Assembly (NCBI GenBank): GCA_013239625.1 | Contig: MU057344.1 | Location: 1,800,276 to 1,864,275 of the forward strand | Source: Lama guanicoe | Taxonomy: Eukaryota | DNA: 64,000 nt | Reading direction: 5' to 3' | Shown: positions 1 to 48,600 of the stretch, in pieces | Position numbering within the stretch: position 1 is the first letter of the stretch | Layout of the letters: each line of letters starts with the position of its first letter | Made by a program: the position numbers and the translations under genes | The notes under the pieces: model-generated | What the model was told of the DNA's origin: nothing | Database searches by the model: none | What the model saw: the letters and a program-made list of their open reading frames with translations, nothing else

Positions 1-2542
1 TGCCAGCTACATTTCCAGTTAGTGGAGCCAAGTGGGTTTGGAAAAGCCCTGGGGCTACGTCCTGGCTTTAGTGACCCGGGGCCAGCGGCCTCAGCACGGT
101 TTCCTTCTGCAGAGTGGATGCTGCCCAGGAAGCCGGGAGTAAGAGCACTTAGCCTTGGGAAAGGACGTCCCAGGACCCTGGGGAGGGGCTGCCACTGGGC
201 ACAGGCTGTTGAGGTGGCTAGGTGCGCCTGAGAAGGACCAAGCCAGGCCAGCTCTGGACAAGAACCCTTCCAGCAGAATCAGGAAGTGCAGGGCCCTGCA
301 GCGAGGCCTGGAGGGGCCAAGACCGGTGGGTGGGGGCGGTGAGAAGAGGCCAGGCTTTCCCCAGCACCAGTGCCTGGGCTCCAGCCCTGTGGGCACAGGC
401 ATCATGACCCCCTCAAGCATGGCAAGGCTAGCTGCCCCCCCCCCGCCCCAGCCAGGGTGCTCAGACCTGCTTCTTGCTGAGCCCGTCCTCTTAGGGTCAC
501 AGACAACCTCAGGGTTGGAGCCAGGTGACACTCACCCCTCTAGATAACAGGGGTCCTGCACAGGCCCAGCCACACCTGCTCACCGGCTCTGCTGGGGAGG
601 GGGCAGCACCGGCGGCAGGGCCTATCTAGCCCGGCCCCTCTTCCCAGCCAACTGCACCGCCCTTCCTGCTACAAAGTGGGGAGGCTGAGGCCCAAAGACG
701 CTCTGCCCACTGCTGGGGTCAGTGGGCTTGTGGGGGGCCACTGAGGCTTCCCAGCCAACCCCAGACAGTGCCCAGGATGGGGTCTGGCAGGAACAGACAC
801 TGCGGTGTCCCAGCCGTCCCACAGGAGCCCCTCGCCTCGGGGCACCACGGTGGATGCGACTGCAGGGCAGTGGGGAGTGGGGGCTGGTGCCGGGGCCTGC
901 AGTGGTGCCCCTTCCCCAGAGCCGCCCTGGGCACCTCAGTGTCCAGCCCCGAGGGGCAGTGGGCACCCCTCCCGCTCCCTGGGGTGTGTGGGTCCCAGGC
1001 ACACAGAGGCCAGGGAGAGTGGTCACACAGCTGGACGGCCCAGTCATCCCTCTGTTGGGGGCGGGGTGGGGAGCATCAGGGGCTGAGGAAAGTCCATCAC
1101 CCCGGGGCCTGGAGGCCACCCCTAGGGCGCCACGTGTCCTTGTAAATCAGTATCCCTTCTATGGGATGGGAACACAATTTACACAAAGGGTGTGTTCCTG
1201 TGACCTCACTGCATGCTGCACAGGTTTTAGGCCCTCTCTCTGCACATCTGGCTTGCTGCCGTCTACCGCCCCCCGATGGCCAGCGGGGACACTGCGGCCC
1301 AGCCCTCGGCCTTTAACACATCCAAAGACCCGGCCGCCCACGGTGGGACCCAGCTGTGCCCAGGGTTCCCCCAACCCTGACGCCTCACTGAGAGCCCTCG
1401 GACCCCGGGGGGTAAAGCTCTGTACCAGTGTGTAGACCTGCAGACCCTGGCTTCTGCACCCACACCCGCAGGCCCCTGGGGTTCCCCGACTCGCTCACCT
1501 CCCGACTCCGACTCGCCAGCACTCCTGAGGTCGGACCCTGGTCCGTGCTGGACACCCCACATCGCACCCCAGTGGCCACCCGCCTACCCCGTCGCCAGCA
1601 CCAAGCTGACCTGAGGCTGGCTGGGACGGCATCCCCAGTCTCTGGCCCCCACAATCCTCTGAGACCCTGAGGACTTCACCAGATGAATCTGGTGTTTGTG
1701 GGTTTGCCGCCATGTGGACCGGGGCCTTATTTTGTATTGTTTTCTGCTTGCCCCTCGGCGGCACTGAGGAACTATGACTGTCACAGGTTTACACGTTTCA
1801 TGTCATTTGTGTGATTTTATGGCCCACTTTGCCAAATTCTGGTAGTCATGCCAGCCTGTCTCTGATCCTCTGAGCTTTCCGGTAGCAACAGTCCCGCCCC
1901 CGAAACCGGGCCAGGTGGCCCCTTCCCCGCGGGTCCGCACACCTCCTGCTCCACCTCACCTGACAGTGTGCCCTGGGCTCCTCTGAGCTCTGCTGGGGCC
2001 GGGAGGAGTGAGCTGACTGTCGAGAACAGATTCTCCATCTTTAGGGGAATTTGCTCCTCCCTGGCACTGTGGTTACTCGGCCCCACGCAGGTCCGGTCCG
2101 GGTGGTCCCGCCGCCCAGACTCTGTGCTGTCGTGTGGAAAGACAGCCAGAAACACAGGCTGTCACCTCAGGGCCGTGGAGGCCAGTAACGTGGGGGAGGC
2201 CGGAGCCCAGGTGGTGGCCTGGGCGGCTCGGCTGGACCGAGACAGAACCCACTGCCGTCCCCGCTCAGCCCGCGGGGGTTCTTGGCACATAACCACAGCC
2301 GAGAAAGCGCCTTTCGGTTCCCGGCTGGCCAAGAACTCTTACTTGGGAGAGAGGCTGAGCTCGAGCGAACGTTCTGTGTTCTTTTATCAAGACAATCGAG
2401 ATTTCTCGTCTCACCCAAACGCAGGAACACATTTTCTGATGTTAAACTGTTACATTTCAGTCAAGCCCAAGCCCCGCTGGATCCAGTCGATGTTATTTTA
2501 AAATATTTCTACGTGAGTAGCTCGTACTCCCCTCAGGGCTGT

Positions 2543-2569
2543 CACACACACTCACACACACACACACAC
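2543..2569. repeat. interrupted (CA)n microsatellite
   Basis: cacacacactcacacacacacacacac. Confidence 0.9.
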
Positions 2570-2830
2570 GGGGAGTCTGTAACCTTTTCTCCCATCGCCA
2601 CCCCCCAGGTGGCAGAGCCCAGGTGGCACTGGCCTCGTGAAAAGGTCGTCGTGTGTCCTCTATTAATGTTTCTGGAGCAACTCTATCAGTCAGGTTCCCG
2701 GGGTCCTGGATGTCACACGCAACCACCTCTGCCAACATCTGTCCCAGGCGTCACGGGGCTGGCGACGCGGGAGGCGACCGCGGGGCAGGAGCAGAGCTGT
2801 GACTACTACTGCGCTCATGTCAGTTACTGG

Positions 2831-2836
2831 TTTATT
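2831..2836 (-). terminator. candidate MEGF6 polyadenylation signal (AATAAA)
   Basis: tttatt on + strand; the first canonical hexamer I found downstream of the stop, implying an ~2.7-kb 3' UTR; downstream GU-rich element is weak. Confidence 0.35.
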
Positions 2837-5568
2837 CAAGTCCGTATTTCTACTTACACTCATCCTGGCACTTCATATTTTCCCAAAACTTACTCGTTTT
2901 TCTACGTTTTCAAAGTAACTGGCTCATCGTGATTTGGAGCATTCTCTTTCCTGCCTTGTTCTCTGTCTGTGGTTCACCCTCTTGTCTTCCGTAGTTTTTT
3001 TTCTTGCTTCACATTCAAAAAAAATCATCAGTCTTGCTAGCGTTTTCCTCTTCTGGACTCTTCAAGGAAAGACTCTTGGCTAAACGTTCCACTGTTTCCC
3101 ACTTGTTGAGTGTAAAGTTCATAAGCGTGAAGGTAAGATGCGTACATATGTGAGTATAAACATGTGACTACAGGCGTGCAGACACGGAGAGCGCACGCGT
3201 CAGGGGCATGACAACGTCACCATCGCGCGTGTCTGCATTTTGTGCTGGTTTTGTGGAGGGCACGCTGAACCCGCCAGGGCAGTTACTCCCCGCGCCGCCC
3301 GCACCGCTGCTCTGAGTCTCTCGGCCGTTACTGCTGCGGGCGTCGGGTGTCGCTTGTAGACAACCACGTGTGACGCTTTCCACCCTGAAACAGCAGGACT
3401 CACAGCCCAGCTGTCTTCCCGCTCACCGTGCACGCTTGCGTTCCTGTCCCTCTGGGGACGTCTTTCAGACACAAAGTGCTGTTGAAGAACGTGTGATGCG
3501 TGGCCATCTGGCTCTTGAGCCCCTGTAACTGCTTACGTTAGGCTTCAATCTACTTTCTTATTCTGCTTTGTTTCTTCTCCTTCCCTGCTGAACGTCGGAG
3601 AGATGAAATTTCCTCCGTTTAAAAGTCAGACATCCTACCGGTGCTTCTGCGGAGGTCACGCCATCTTATCGCCCTCTGTCTGCACCAGGCTCAGCTGCGG
3701 GGCAGGCAGGCCTGCTGGCCGCTCCTGCTGTTGGTGAGCGTGGCTATTTTGATTCTCTTCATTCCGAGGCCGTGTGGGAAACACAGGGACCATCTCATGC
3801 TTTCTCTTCTTGCCGGGAAACTTCCTCTGAGCGTGTTTTCAAGCCTGGTTCTCGTCTGGGGCCGCCTGGGGCCTCGGACAGCTGAGAAGGACGCCGACTT
3901 CGCTTCCCAGTGACAGTTTAGCGGGACACACAATTCAAGGTCATGAAATTCAAGTTTCCACACTGTTTCCTCAACACCTGGCAAACAGAGCGTCGCCGTC
4001 CGGCCGCTCTCAGTGCTCCTGTTGCAGACCCTGACGTCGTGCTGATTCCTGCTCTCTCTCTCTCTAGTTATTTTAAAACTCCTCTTTGGCACTGATATTC
4101 TTTAAATTCTTCTGGCTGTGGCTTTTTAAATTTTGCTTAATTTTCTTTGCACTTGGAGTGCTTTTCGATCTGAGATCCTCCAACTTTGGACCTGAGAACT
4201 CATTGCTTCACGTCAATGGTTTTCACCTTCTTTTTCTGGGACTTCAGACACATGGGTGTCACACTTGCCTCGTCCATTCCTACTGCCCCTTCCCTTCGTG
4301 TTTCCTCTCTCTCAGCCTCCCTGCCGCCTCCCGGGAGTGTCCTGAGCTGGGAAACCCCTTATTCGGCCGGATTCCTGCCGCCTCCGCCAACTCCAGCTCC
4401 CACGCCCTCCACCCTCATTCCTCACGATGGTCCCTCTTGAACCGCCTCTTCCTGCACCAGGTTACCACCCGCATCCCTTCCTCCTTCCAGGACACTGATC
4501 ACAGCTACATACTTCAAAGTCTTCACATGGTGGCCCAGCGATTCGACGCCCTCTGCTACCGGGTGTTCACGAGTTGTCTGCGTCAGGGGGCGGGGCCTAC
4601 TTGAATGCGCCCTGTTTTGCCCCACGAGGTCCTTTGCCCCTGGGGGATTTAAGCTGCCTGGGCACTGTTGGAGAGGAGGGGAGGGGGGCTACAGCCCGGA
4701 CCCTAAATGGCCGGTGAGACAATCGGCGTCCAACCCTCTCCTCAGCTCTGCCCTGAAGACAGGGCAGGAGTGGGGGCTGGGGGTCTCCAGGCTGCCCCCA
4801 GCAGCACCCCTGCCCTTGGGGCCGTGCTTCCCACACGCAGGCCCTGGGAGCCAGCACTCCTGGGTCTCGGGGCGCCACGCCCCTCTAGAGCACTGGAACC
4901 AGGATAAACCCCAACTTCGTTTGTGCGGCACCGCGGTCCCCAGGGAGGGGCAGGGCAAGCGGTCGGCAGAGGCTCCTGTCCCAGCGCCTCGTGCCGGCGT
5001 GCCAGGGAGGCCCCCGCGCAGAGCCCGCACAAAGCAGCAGACGCACAGCCTTGGGGAAGCAGCTGCTCCTTTCTTAACCTACTGGTTTCACATGGTACCG
5101 AAGCCCGCTGCCCCGAGTCAGGGCGTCCTGGGGCAGGAGACGGGCAGCCCTGCGGTCGGGCTGCCCATAAGTCACACGAACACGGCCCGGCTGTGCTTCC
5201 TGGTGAGCGGGCTGGGCGGTAGCTGCCCCGGGGCCTAGCACCCGAAGAACCTGCTGGGGGGGCAGGGGCCTCATGCCCGCACCTGCCCGAACACCTGCCC
5301 TTGGCCCTGCCCCGGGCAGCGGGAGGGGCGGGGCTTCCTTAGCCCCGCGGTCCGCGCCCTGGGCGGGCAGATCCCAGCGAGGTGGGGCCTGCCTCCTCGT
5401 GGCAAGACCACCCTTGAGGAGCCCGAGGCGGCACGCCTGTCCACAGGCTTCAGAGACAGGTCGGGGCCACAGTCCTGGCCCACCGCACCCCTCGGCAGGC
5501 GCCACCTAAGCCCCGGGGCCCCCTCTGCGGCTCCTGGGAGGCGAGCCTCAGCGGGGGCTGCCTCTGAG

Positions 5569-39837
<34,269 letters not shown>

Positions 39838-42584
39838 GGCCCGTCGGCTCCGCTCCGCTCGCTCCGCTCGCTGCCGCTGGAGCCGCTGCGGGCCGGCGCG
39901 CCCCGCCCCTCGCCTTTCTGTTCTCGGCTTTCCCTCCGCCCCCCGCAGGTAAAGGCCAAATCCCCGCCGCCGCCCGAGGGGCCGCCCCCGCCCCGCCCCG
40001 CCCCGCCCCACGGGCCGCGGGTCCCCCTGCGCGCCGCCCGCCCGCCCCGCGCATTCCTGCGCGCGCGCTCACGCCCCCGGACACACACCCCGGCCCATCG
40101 ACCAACACAGGCGCCCCCGCGCAAACACGCAGACCCCTGCACCAGCAGACCCACGTGTGCAGCACGCACGCAAGACCCACAGAACCCTGCACAGACGGGC
40201 GCAGGCACATACACAGCCGCACAGGCACTCGCACAGACGTGCCCCTGCGCCAACAAGTTAGAGAACCCACAGTAGGGAAGGAGGCCACCCTGGCAAGGCC
40301 CCGGGGCTCTGCAGAGGCAGCGCAATGGGGTGGAGCTCTGCCAGGTTTGGGAAGAGTAGGGAAGGTGGGGGCGGACTTTGAGGCCACATCACCATTATAG
40401 TGGAATTCCTGGGGGTGATGACATCAGCCTCCAAGCCCAGTGTCCTGGTCCCAGCACTAGCATGCCCTCCAGCGGACCAGGGCTGGTACCCAGAGGGAGC
40501 CTGGGAGAGGGGGCCACTGCACCCCAACAGCAGATAGGAGGGACCCACAGCTAGCAGGGACAGCTAGCCCCAGGTGTCAGGCTGCCTCGGGACAAACATC
40601 CGACCGCAGACCCCGTGTTTGTCATGGGCACAGCCTGAGGTTCCAGATGTGTCTGAAGCAGCCTCCCCAGGGGTGGTGAGGCCACAGTGGCTGTGCCTCC
40701 AAGGGGACCTGTGCGTTCAGACCTGGCGAGAACTTGGCCCCAGCTCTCATCGCATGCAGCTGACCCCCAGATGTCTTACCCATGGCACCCCATCTAACCT
40801 GGCCCTGCCCTCCACCTCCCCGGAAACTGCTGGGGCAAAGGCTCTGCGGGCTGTCACTCTGCCCAGCCCACCCGTAGGCAGGGTTCCAGGAGGCGACCTC
40901 AAGCTCGTGGGAGAGATACAGTCTCACCTTGCTCAGTGCTGTCTGCAGTCCACACACCAGCTCACCCCATTGGCCCCCACCTGCCAGGCACCTGGCAGTG
41001 CAGAAACAGGCCAGCCCGCCTCTCTGCCCAGGTCTCCAGGGGGAGCCTCTCTCCTGTCCTTCCTCTGGGCGTCACAGCAGCCCTCGGACTCCAGGGGAGC
41101 CTCCCTTAATCTCCCAGATAGACGCACTGCTGGGCTGTTGGAAGGGTGACCTCCACATGGGTCAGCACTGTTTATCACCCCAACGCGCATCTCATTTGCC
41201 AATAGCTCACTGCTAACAGAAGCCTGCGGGTCCCCTCCCGGGCAGCCACCAGCCAGGCTGCAGGGGGCAAGGGCAGGTGGAGATAAGCTGTCACTCAGGA
41301 AAGTGCAAAGGGACACCTGAGGGAAATTGTGACTCAAGATCACCCTCCCCAACGGACAGCAGAGCCTGGGCTTCCTCTGTCGGTGCCCCTCGCTGAGGCG
41401 GCCCCTCAAGGTGTCGCTCCCGCTGCTCACGCAGCCTCCACCCTGACATCCTGTAGGACCGGAGCATCTGCGGAAGCGGGGGCCTCACCCCGCCTCGTCT
41501 CCCCCATTGTCCTCCAAGTCTCGTCAGCCCTGGGAAAGGGCTCCCGGCCTGGCCTGTGTCACAGGGAAGGGGGCAGAGCCCCAGAGCCCCTTGGCAAGGT
41601 CCCCGGCAGGGAAAGGCAGGTGCCGGGAGTCTGGCCCTGGGCTAACCCATGGCCACTGAGCGCTTGAAGTGTGGCTTGTCCTAAATCCGGGGGCGGGGGG
41701 GCTCGTACAGTCTTCTTGGTACGAATGAGAAAAGGAGAACTGCCCCCTTGACGGCTCTCCTGTGGACCGCATGCTGGGATGACTGCATCTGGGCACACCA
41801 CGTTCAGTAAAACCCAGCACTGAAATGGATCACCCCAATTTCCTTTTGCTTTTCTGGTGCGACTTCGAGACAATGTGAGACTCCATGTATGGTTCTCGTG
41901 TGCGGCTCACATTCTGTTTCTGTGGGACAGCACGGGTCTTCCCCAGCCCAGCCCTGGCTCTGCTAGTATGGGGCAGTGCTGTGTGGCCTCAAGGGAGCCC
42001 GGAACCTCTCTGTGCCCATGTCCGTGACACACGCAGATCAGCACAGTGGGGACTGAGAGGTCGAGGAAAGCGCTTCACTGGGAGTCACTGAGAGTCAGTG
42101 TCCAGGTCTGTATGCCTGACCCCTGCCAGGCCCTACACTCAGGCAGACACCCCGGGCCGAGGAGCAGAGTGTCGGAGGGCCGGTGTACTGGGAACCGCCC
42201 ATTTCCCTGCTCCGTGGTAGATGCAGCCGTGGTCCCAAAGCATCCCAGAGGCCATCCAGGCCAGCCTGGGAAGGGTTGAGGGACCCAAGGACTGCCCCGC
42301 TTCCACGGGGGCCAGCACCCCAGTACCGCAGTGCCCACGAGCTGGCCGGGGACCGCTCCTGTGGCCTCTCTTCCCACCCTGGGATGCCACTACCCTTACA
42401 TCAAAAAGGACTCCCAACTCACTGAGCAGGGGTCATTCATTCACTCCCACGGCCTCTGGGGCAGGACTGGGGTTGCTTCGGGCCATGTCTCCAGCGCCCA
42501 GCAGGGGGCAGCATCTGGGGTGAGCCCAGCACAATCTGGGGGCAGCTGACGTGGGTCCCAGCCCACTGAAGAGCTGGACGGCAC

Positions 42585-42640
42585 AGACAAGTCCCACGAC
42601 CCCGCTGGGCCCCAGTTTCTTCATCTGTACAGCAGGTAGG
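42585..42640 (+). mobile_element. MIR core fragment
   Basis: gacaagtccc..ctgggccccagtttcttcatctgtacagc. Confidence 0.45.
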
Positions 42641-45600
42641 GGTCTGGATTCAACCAGCTCAGGGGCCCATGGTCCCACAGCTATGGGGTACACGTGACTT
42701 TGGAAGGCAAAATGGGGCCAGGAAGGAGGAGATCGGCCAATAACAAAGCCAGTCGAGTGTCCAGGGGCAGCTCCTGAAGCACAAGGCTTCCCGAGTGCCG
42801 AGCGCCTGCAAGTCTGGGCGAAGGACCCGCGGCGTTTCTGCCCTGGAGGCTCAGACGTGCCCCGCACGCCACCCCCAGCATCCTTCACCACACACGGACA
42901 GCCCCTCCTGCCTCCTTCCTCCCCTCCCGCCCCGCACTTCCCATCCACCTGTCCTCTCCACCCCTCCCAGACAGGTTTGCAATTAAATCCTCACTCTGCT
43001 ACCAGCTGGGTGCCCGCCTCAGGGGCCCAGACACCCTCTTTTCTACTGTCCTTTTCCAGAGGAGAAATGACCTCCCAAGGTCACGCGGGACAGAGGTGGG
43101 CTGCCGATGGGGGCGGGTCTGGCTTGGACCCACGCCCTGTCCTCACCGGGCACCCTCATCCAGGCTCCTGGAGCCAGGGCCTCAGCGGGTGCCCGGCGGC
43201 TGGCTCCCCTTCGGGGGCACCCGTGGGTTCTCAGTGATGGGGGCAGAGGCCCAGGAGGAGGAGGAAGGGTGCCTGAGCTGGGGCCACCACAGGGTCTTCC
43301 GCTGCCCCTCGCCACAGGGATCCCAGACTGTCAGCCGGAACCTAGCCCTGGGCTCCTCCGGGCGGGGCCACCAAAGGGCCCTCAGCACCCATGCCGGACC
43401 CTGGGCAGAGCGTTCCTAGAACTGGCCCCAGATCCTGGCTCTTCCGTCCCTCTCTGGGTGGCCTTGCCCTCCCAGAGCCCCCGCTCCTGCAGCAGCCGAG
43501 AAGCCCACCTTCCCTCCCTCCCGCCTGGTGAACAGTGAGCCGCTATGCATCCATTGAGTGCCAACTCAGAGGCCCCTTCTCTGCAAAACCTCCCCAGCTG
43601 GCTCACCCCAGAGCCAGTCTCTGCCGCCTCTGTGATCCCCCTGCAGCCAGCCCGTCCCTCCTCCACATTTAAGCACTCACTCACACACTCACTCCTTTCC
43701 CGCAGCTGTGACCTGTGTGCCCACTCTGGGCAGGACACGGTTCTGGGATGCAGTGATGTCTCCCCACCCAGCTGAGGGTTATGATCAGGTCCCCAGAGCC
43801 CAGGACAACCTGTGGTATAGATGAGCTCGAGCAGCGCCTCCCTGAAGGACTGGAGGCATGGCGGGGGCAATGGCTCTGGGCCTCCGTCCCCACCAGGCTG
43901 GGCGTGGGGACTTGGGCACAGCATGAGTGGCAGCGGCCACCAAGCTCGGAATGCCACCAGCAGCTCAGACAGAGCCCTCTGCCCTCCTCGGTGCCACCAA
44001 GCAGATCCAGGCCTGCGGCTGTGGTCTGGAAGCTCTTTGGGAAATGCTTTCTCGATGCGGAAACTCGGGCTGGGTGCCTCTGCCCCGTGGAATGTCTGTG
44101 TGTCAGCAGAAGGAGCCGCTCCCCTCCACCCGCCAGGCCGGCTCCAGCTTTCCTCTCCAAGCTGGGCGGCCACCAAGCTCTTCTGCCAGGACCCAGGCTG
44201 GGGTGAGGGCCCAACGCTGACCCCCAACGGCCACGGACCCCTCAGGGCTGGGCCCACCCCACCACAGACCCCGGACACTGGGGGTTCAGGGAGCAGAACT
44301 GCCCTGTTCCTGGGGCTGGCAGGAAGCAGAGCAGGGCTGAGCCTCCTCCCAGCACATGTGGTATCCATCCCTTGTGCTCACAGACACTTCGTCCGTGAAG
44401 CCTCTCGAGGGCCCGCACGCCCTGCCTCGCGGTTAGGAGACCTGACCTGCTGCCAGCCTGCTGTGAGCGAGGCGATGCCCGCCGTGCAGGCTGTCTCAGG
44501 CTCTGGACGAGGAGCAGCTGCTGGGGGGGAAGCTAGGCTGGGCCCGGAGCATGGGGTGCCTGCAGGGGTCAGGGGCTGCCTCACAGGGGTTCCCGGGGTC
44601 ACGGAATGAGGAGAGAAGGCCCCTCAGTGGGACATGAGGAGACCAAGACTGGGCGCCCTGTCCAGCCCGAAGGGGACCCTGGCCCTCCCCGTCTACCTGG
44701 GGGACGGGGCATCCCTGGGTATCAACTTCTCAGGAGGGACTAAAACCGTCTGGAGGCGCTGACAGTGCAGGAGAGAGAGGACTGACAGTCAGAGGAGCCC
44801 TCAGAGGTCACCCCACGACCCCAAGCTGCCAGGTTTCAAGGGTGAAGTTCCAGGGACACAGCAGACGCCGGGGGAGCAGCGGTCACTGACCACCTGCACA
44901 CCCCCAGTGCCCTCTGTGCCGGGCACCTCTCGGAGTTGGGGCCAGGCCGCGCCCACTCACAGGTGGGCGGGCAGACCCAGAACGAGGCCACTCGAGCCTG
45001 GAGTGGCTGCCCGGGGGCTCCAGGCCCGGGCTCTCCCTCCACCAGCATCTCCCACTGCAGTCAGGCTGTCAGGTGACTGGTGTCGGGGCTGGGAGGGCAG
45101 AGGCCGGGCTGGAGGACCCCGAAGGCCGGGACCACAGCACGGGAGCCAACGGGGCGCTGTGAGCAGGACCGGCCCCCGACAGGCCCCGGCTGCCGGGGAG
45201 AGAGCCGGGAGGGTGCTGGAAGGGGGTCTCTCAGACGTCTCTTCATTCCGCCTTCAGGGACTCAAGGCCGCTCGGCCCCAAAGCCCCCCCGACCACCCCC
45301 AGGCCCGCCGGGGACAAACGCCTGCCTGACTGCTTCCGCCCGGACGTCCAGAGCCCAGGCCAGGAGGTCCGTTTTCAGCCTGAGGTCACACGCGGCCCAC
45401 CCTGCCGCAACGCAGACCAACTGCCCCGGAACATCCCTTCCCCCCGCTCCCAGGGCCGCAGTTCATTTCAGGAGCAGAGCGCTGGGCCTGGCCTCTGGAG
45501 CCATCCGGCCTCTGCCTCATGGTAAACCCATTACCCATCTGGCTCCTCACCCAAGCCAAAGGAAGGGAAATTAAGACCACGGTTGTTTCCGAGAGCCCAA

Positions 45601-48600
45601 CAGCCGTTCCTGACTGCAGCTGCCCTGGGCGGGGGCCAGGCAGAAACGGACCAGCCCCTCCTCTGACACACACGGCCCCCCGGGGGAGCCCAAGATGGAA
45701 TGGCCTCCGTCACACACGCTCTCCTCCAGAGATCAGACAGCTTGGGGGGCATCCAGACCCCGCACTGTGCCAGGGAACCCAAGGCCTGGGCAACCCCAGG
45801 GGAGGAGCTCACTGCAGGCCAGACCCAGGCTGTGCTGGAGGCCTCCTGTGCACGTGTGCACATGTGTGTGTGCACGTGACAAGGCCCTCTCTGCTGCCTC
45901 GACTCACTCCCCTGTGGCCATGTGAAGGTCAGGATGAGGCGGGGTCCAGCCCTGGGAGCACCTGAGCCCTGGAATGCTGACACAGCCCCACCAGGGGCAC
46001 AGCCCCCGAGGCCTGGCTCTCAGCGGGGACATCTGAGCTGCAGGGACTGCAGTGACCACAGAAGGGGCGCACAGACAGCCCCGGGGCGCATGCTGTACTC
46101 AGTGGAGGAGAGATGGTGAAGGCAGTGTGATGGGAAGGCTTCCTGGAGGAGGTGGGCCTGGGCTGGACTTCGGACAGGTAGAGGGGAGAGGGAGACTGGC
46201 TTGTGGAGGACTTTTTGGGGCAGAGGCAGGGAAGGCCTGAGAGGAGTGAATGCCAGGCGGGGAGTTTGGCCAAAGCCGTGCGCCTGGGCCTGGCCCACAG
46301 CGGGCGCCCAGCCAGCCAAAACAAACGGGCAAAGCCATGACCGGGCACATCACCAGGCCACTTCCAGCCACCCACACAGCCCGCTGGGCCCCCTCGGTCA
46401 TGGTCACTCCTGGTGCCCTTTCCTCACCCAAAGGCTGAGCCTGCTCACGGGGGTCATGGAGGTGGCAGCCAGCTCTGGCCAGGTGCCCAGGTCCAGCCAG
46501 CACTCACACTGCCTTCCAAGGTGCCCGTGCTGCAGCTGAGGCCCAAATGGTGCCCATAAGTCCTTGAGGCCTCCTACCGCACAGACGGGGCTCCGAGACA
46601 GTGGCCGTCACCTCGAGCGCAGACAGCAGTTCTGAGTCACAGGGTTCAGAACTGAATCCCGTCTCCACTCTGAGTGCCCACACCTCCCCCAAGGCCTTTC
46701 CACGGGAGATGCACTGGCCCACGGGTCTCAACCTCACAGGCCTCTCGCGGGATCTTTCCCAAGGTCTCCTCGCCAGGCAGAAGGAAAACTCGCCCCTCTG
46801 CGTGCTGGTGCCGCCCCCACCCCAGCCCCGGAGCGGCTCTGGCCAGGCCCCGGGGAGCAGGGAGTGATGGCATCTGGGGTTTGGCTGAGGGCTCTGGGGG
46901 TCAGGAGCCCAGCCGCTCAGCGGTGAGGAGTGGGGAGGATGGGGTGGAGGCCGAGCCCAGATCCTCTTCTGCGGGCAAGGGGAGCCTGGAGAAAATACTG
47001 GGTGGGGAAGGTGCAGCCATCGTTACCGAAGGGAAGGACCGAGAGATAAAAGGCAGCCAAGAGACACAGGCAGCAGAAGAGTCCAGCTTGGAGGCCAGAC
47101 GCCCAAAGAGGAGGGCCCGCCGGGACAAGTGAGGGACGAGGGCTCTCCCACCCGCCGGGCAGGCGGAGAGGCAGGGCAGAAGGCCTGCCCTTCCCGGGAG
47201 CTGGCCCCTACCCAGCCGTCTGCACACACCTGTCTCCAGCCCTGCCAGGAGAGGCTGTTTCCACTTTCAGGAGCTGCACAGAGAGAGGAGATGCCTTCCC
47301 TCCTGAGGTGTGCCGTGGGCCGCTGCAAGCTCCAAGTCACCCCAGATAACCCAGCCTCTCAGCTGGAGCCCCTGGACCAGTGGGGGCAAAGCTGGGACCC
47401 CTGTGATTCGGAGGAAAGGGGCTGCCTGGAGCCTCAGTCTCCCTGGCCCAGGAACCCCCAGCTCTGTGGTGGAAGCTTCCAGGACGGGGCGAGATGCAGC
47501 CCATCCCTCCTCTGCCCAGGGCGTGTCCTCATGGCAGCTGGCCGGCCACAGGCCCCCGGGCATGCCGGGGTTCACTATTAGGAGGCATCCGCTTCCTCTC
47601 ACTGAGCCCCGAGTCTGAGGACTGTGGCATCAGAGAGTCACACCTGGACTTGGCCGGTCAGGGCTCAGGCTTGAGGACCCAGCCTGTTCATTCCCACGTC
47701 CAGTCCTGCAGCCGGCTGTGGGCGTCCAGACTGCAGCCACTCAGATGCCGGCAAGCTGCACGTCCTGGGGCCTCCTCCCGGGAAACTGCTCAGGGCCCTG
47801 AGCTTTGGGGGTCTGGCAGGCCCTCAGGGGCAGGCGGGCCTCTCGTCTTTCTGTCTCCCGCTGGCTCCGACTGTTGACACAGGGCTGTGTCTCTCCTGCC
47901 TTGGCCTTGACCAAAACCGCACCTGCCAGCATCTACTCACACGGGGGATGGACTAGCCAGAGTCAGGAAATGAAAGCTTTTAACTCTCAGCACCTCGGAT
48001 GGATCGGAAACCCTGCCGTCCTGTCTGGAGGGATCCCAGCCCGGGTCGGGCTCCCTCGCCCACAGCCAGAGCTCAGCCTGTCAGAGGGCCCAGCCTCAGA
48101 AAGGCCCAGATGGCGGCCCTTGCAGGAACGAGGCAGGGGCTTTGCGACGGAAGGCCCGAGGTCACGCGGGGCTCCACGGCCCACCGGTGTGCAGTGAGCC
48201 CAGGGGACCGCCCCTCCAGCCCCAGTCTCTGAATCTGTAGGGGCAGGTCGCTCAAAAGACACTCGCCGGACGCCCACCCTGTGCCGGACACTGCCAGTGC
48301 GGGCCACGTGGAACGAGCAAGGGGCCGCCCCCGCTCCTGAGAGGCCAGCAGGCTACCCCCAGAGGGGGCCTGAGCGCCAGCCTCTGTGGGACCTGGGGCA
48401 GGGGGCCGGGGGAGGGGCCACGATGCCGCCCCCGTCTGCCACCCCCTGGCCGTGTGACCCTGAATGCGCTGCTGCGTCTCTCTCTGCCTCCCGCTCCACT
48501 TTATAAAACAGGGGCCACGGCGAGGCCCAAGCGGCGAGCGGCGGGGCCGGCGGGCAGCGCGGGCTGAACGAGGCAGGGCAGCCTCCTTCACGTCACCTTC

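Noticed and set aside
1-2400. 3' end of the expected neighbour ARHGEF16
   Set aside because: No recognisable DH/PH/SH3 coding exon or clear + strand poly(A) signal in this stretch.
2400-4600. AT/T-rich block with a hydrophobic ORF (4086-4604)
   Set aside because: Probably 3' UTR containing very old LINE-derived sequence; family cannot be assigned by eye and the ORF reflects T-richness.
43382-44609. 328-aa (-) and 262-aa (+) overlapping ORFs
   Set aside because: Low-complexity translations with no domain or splice support.
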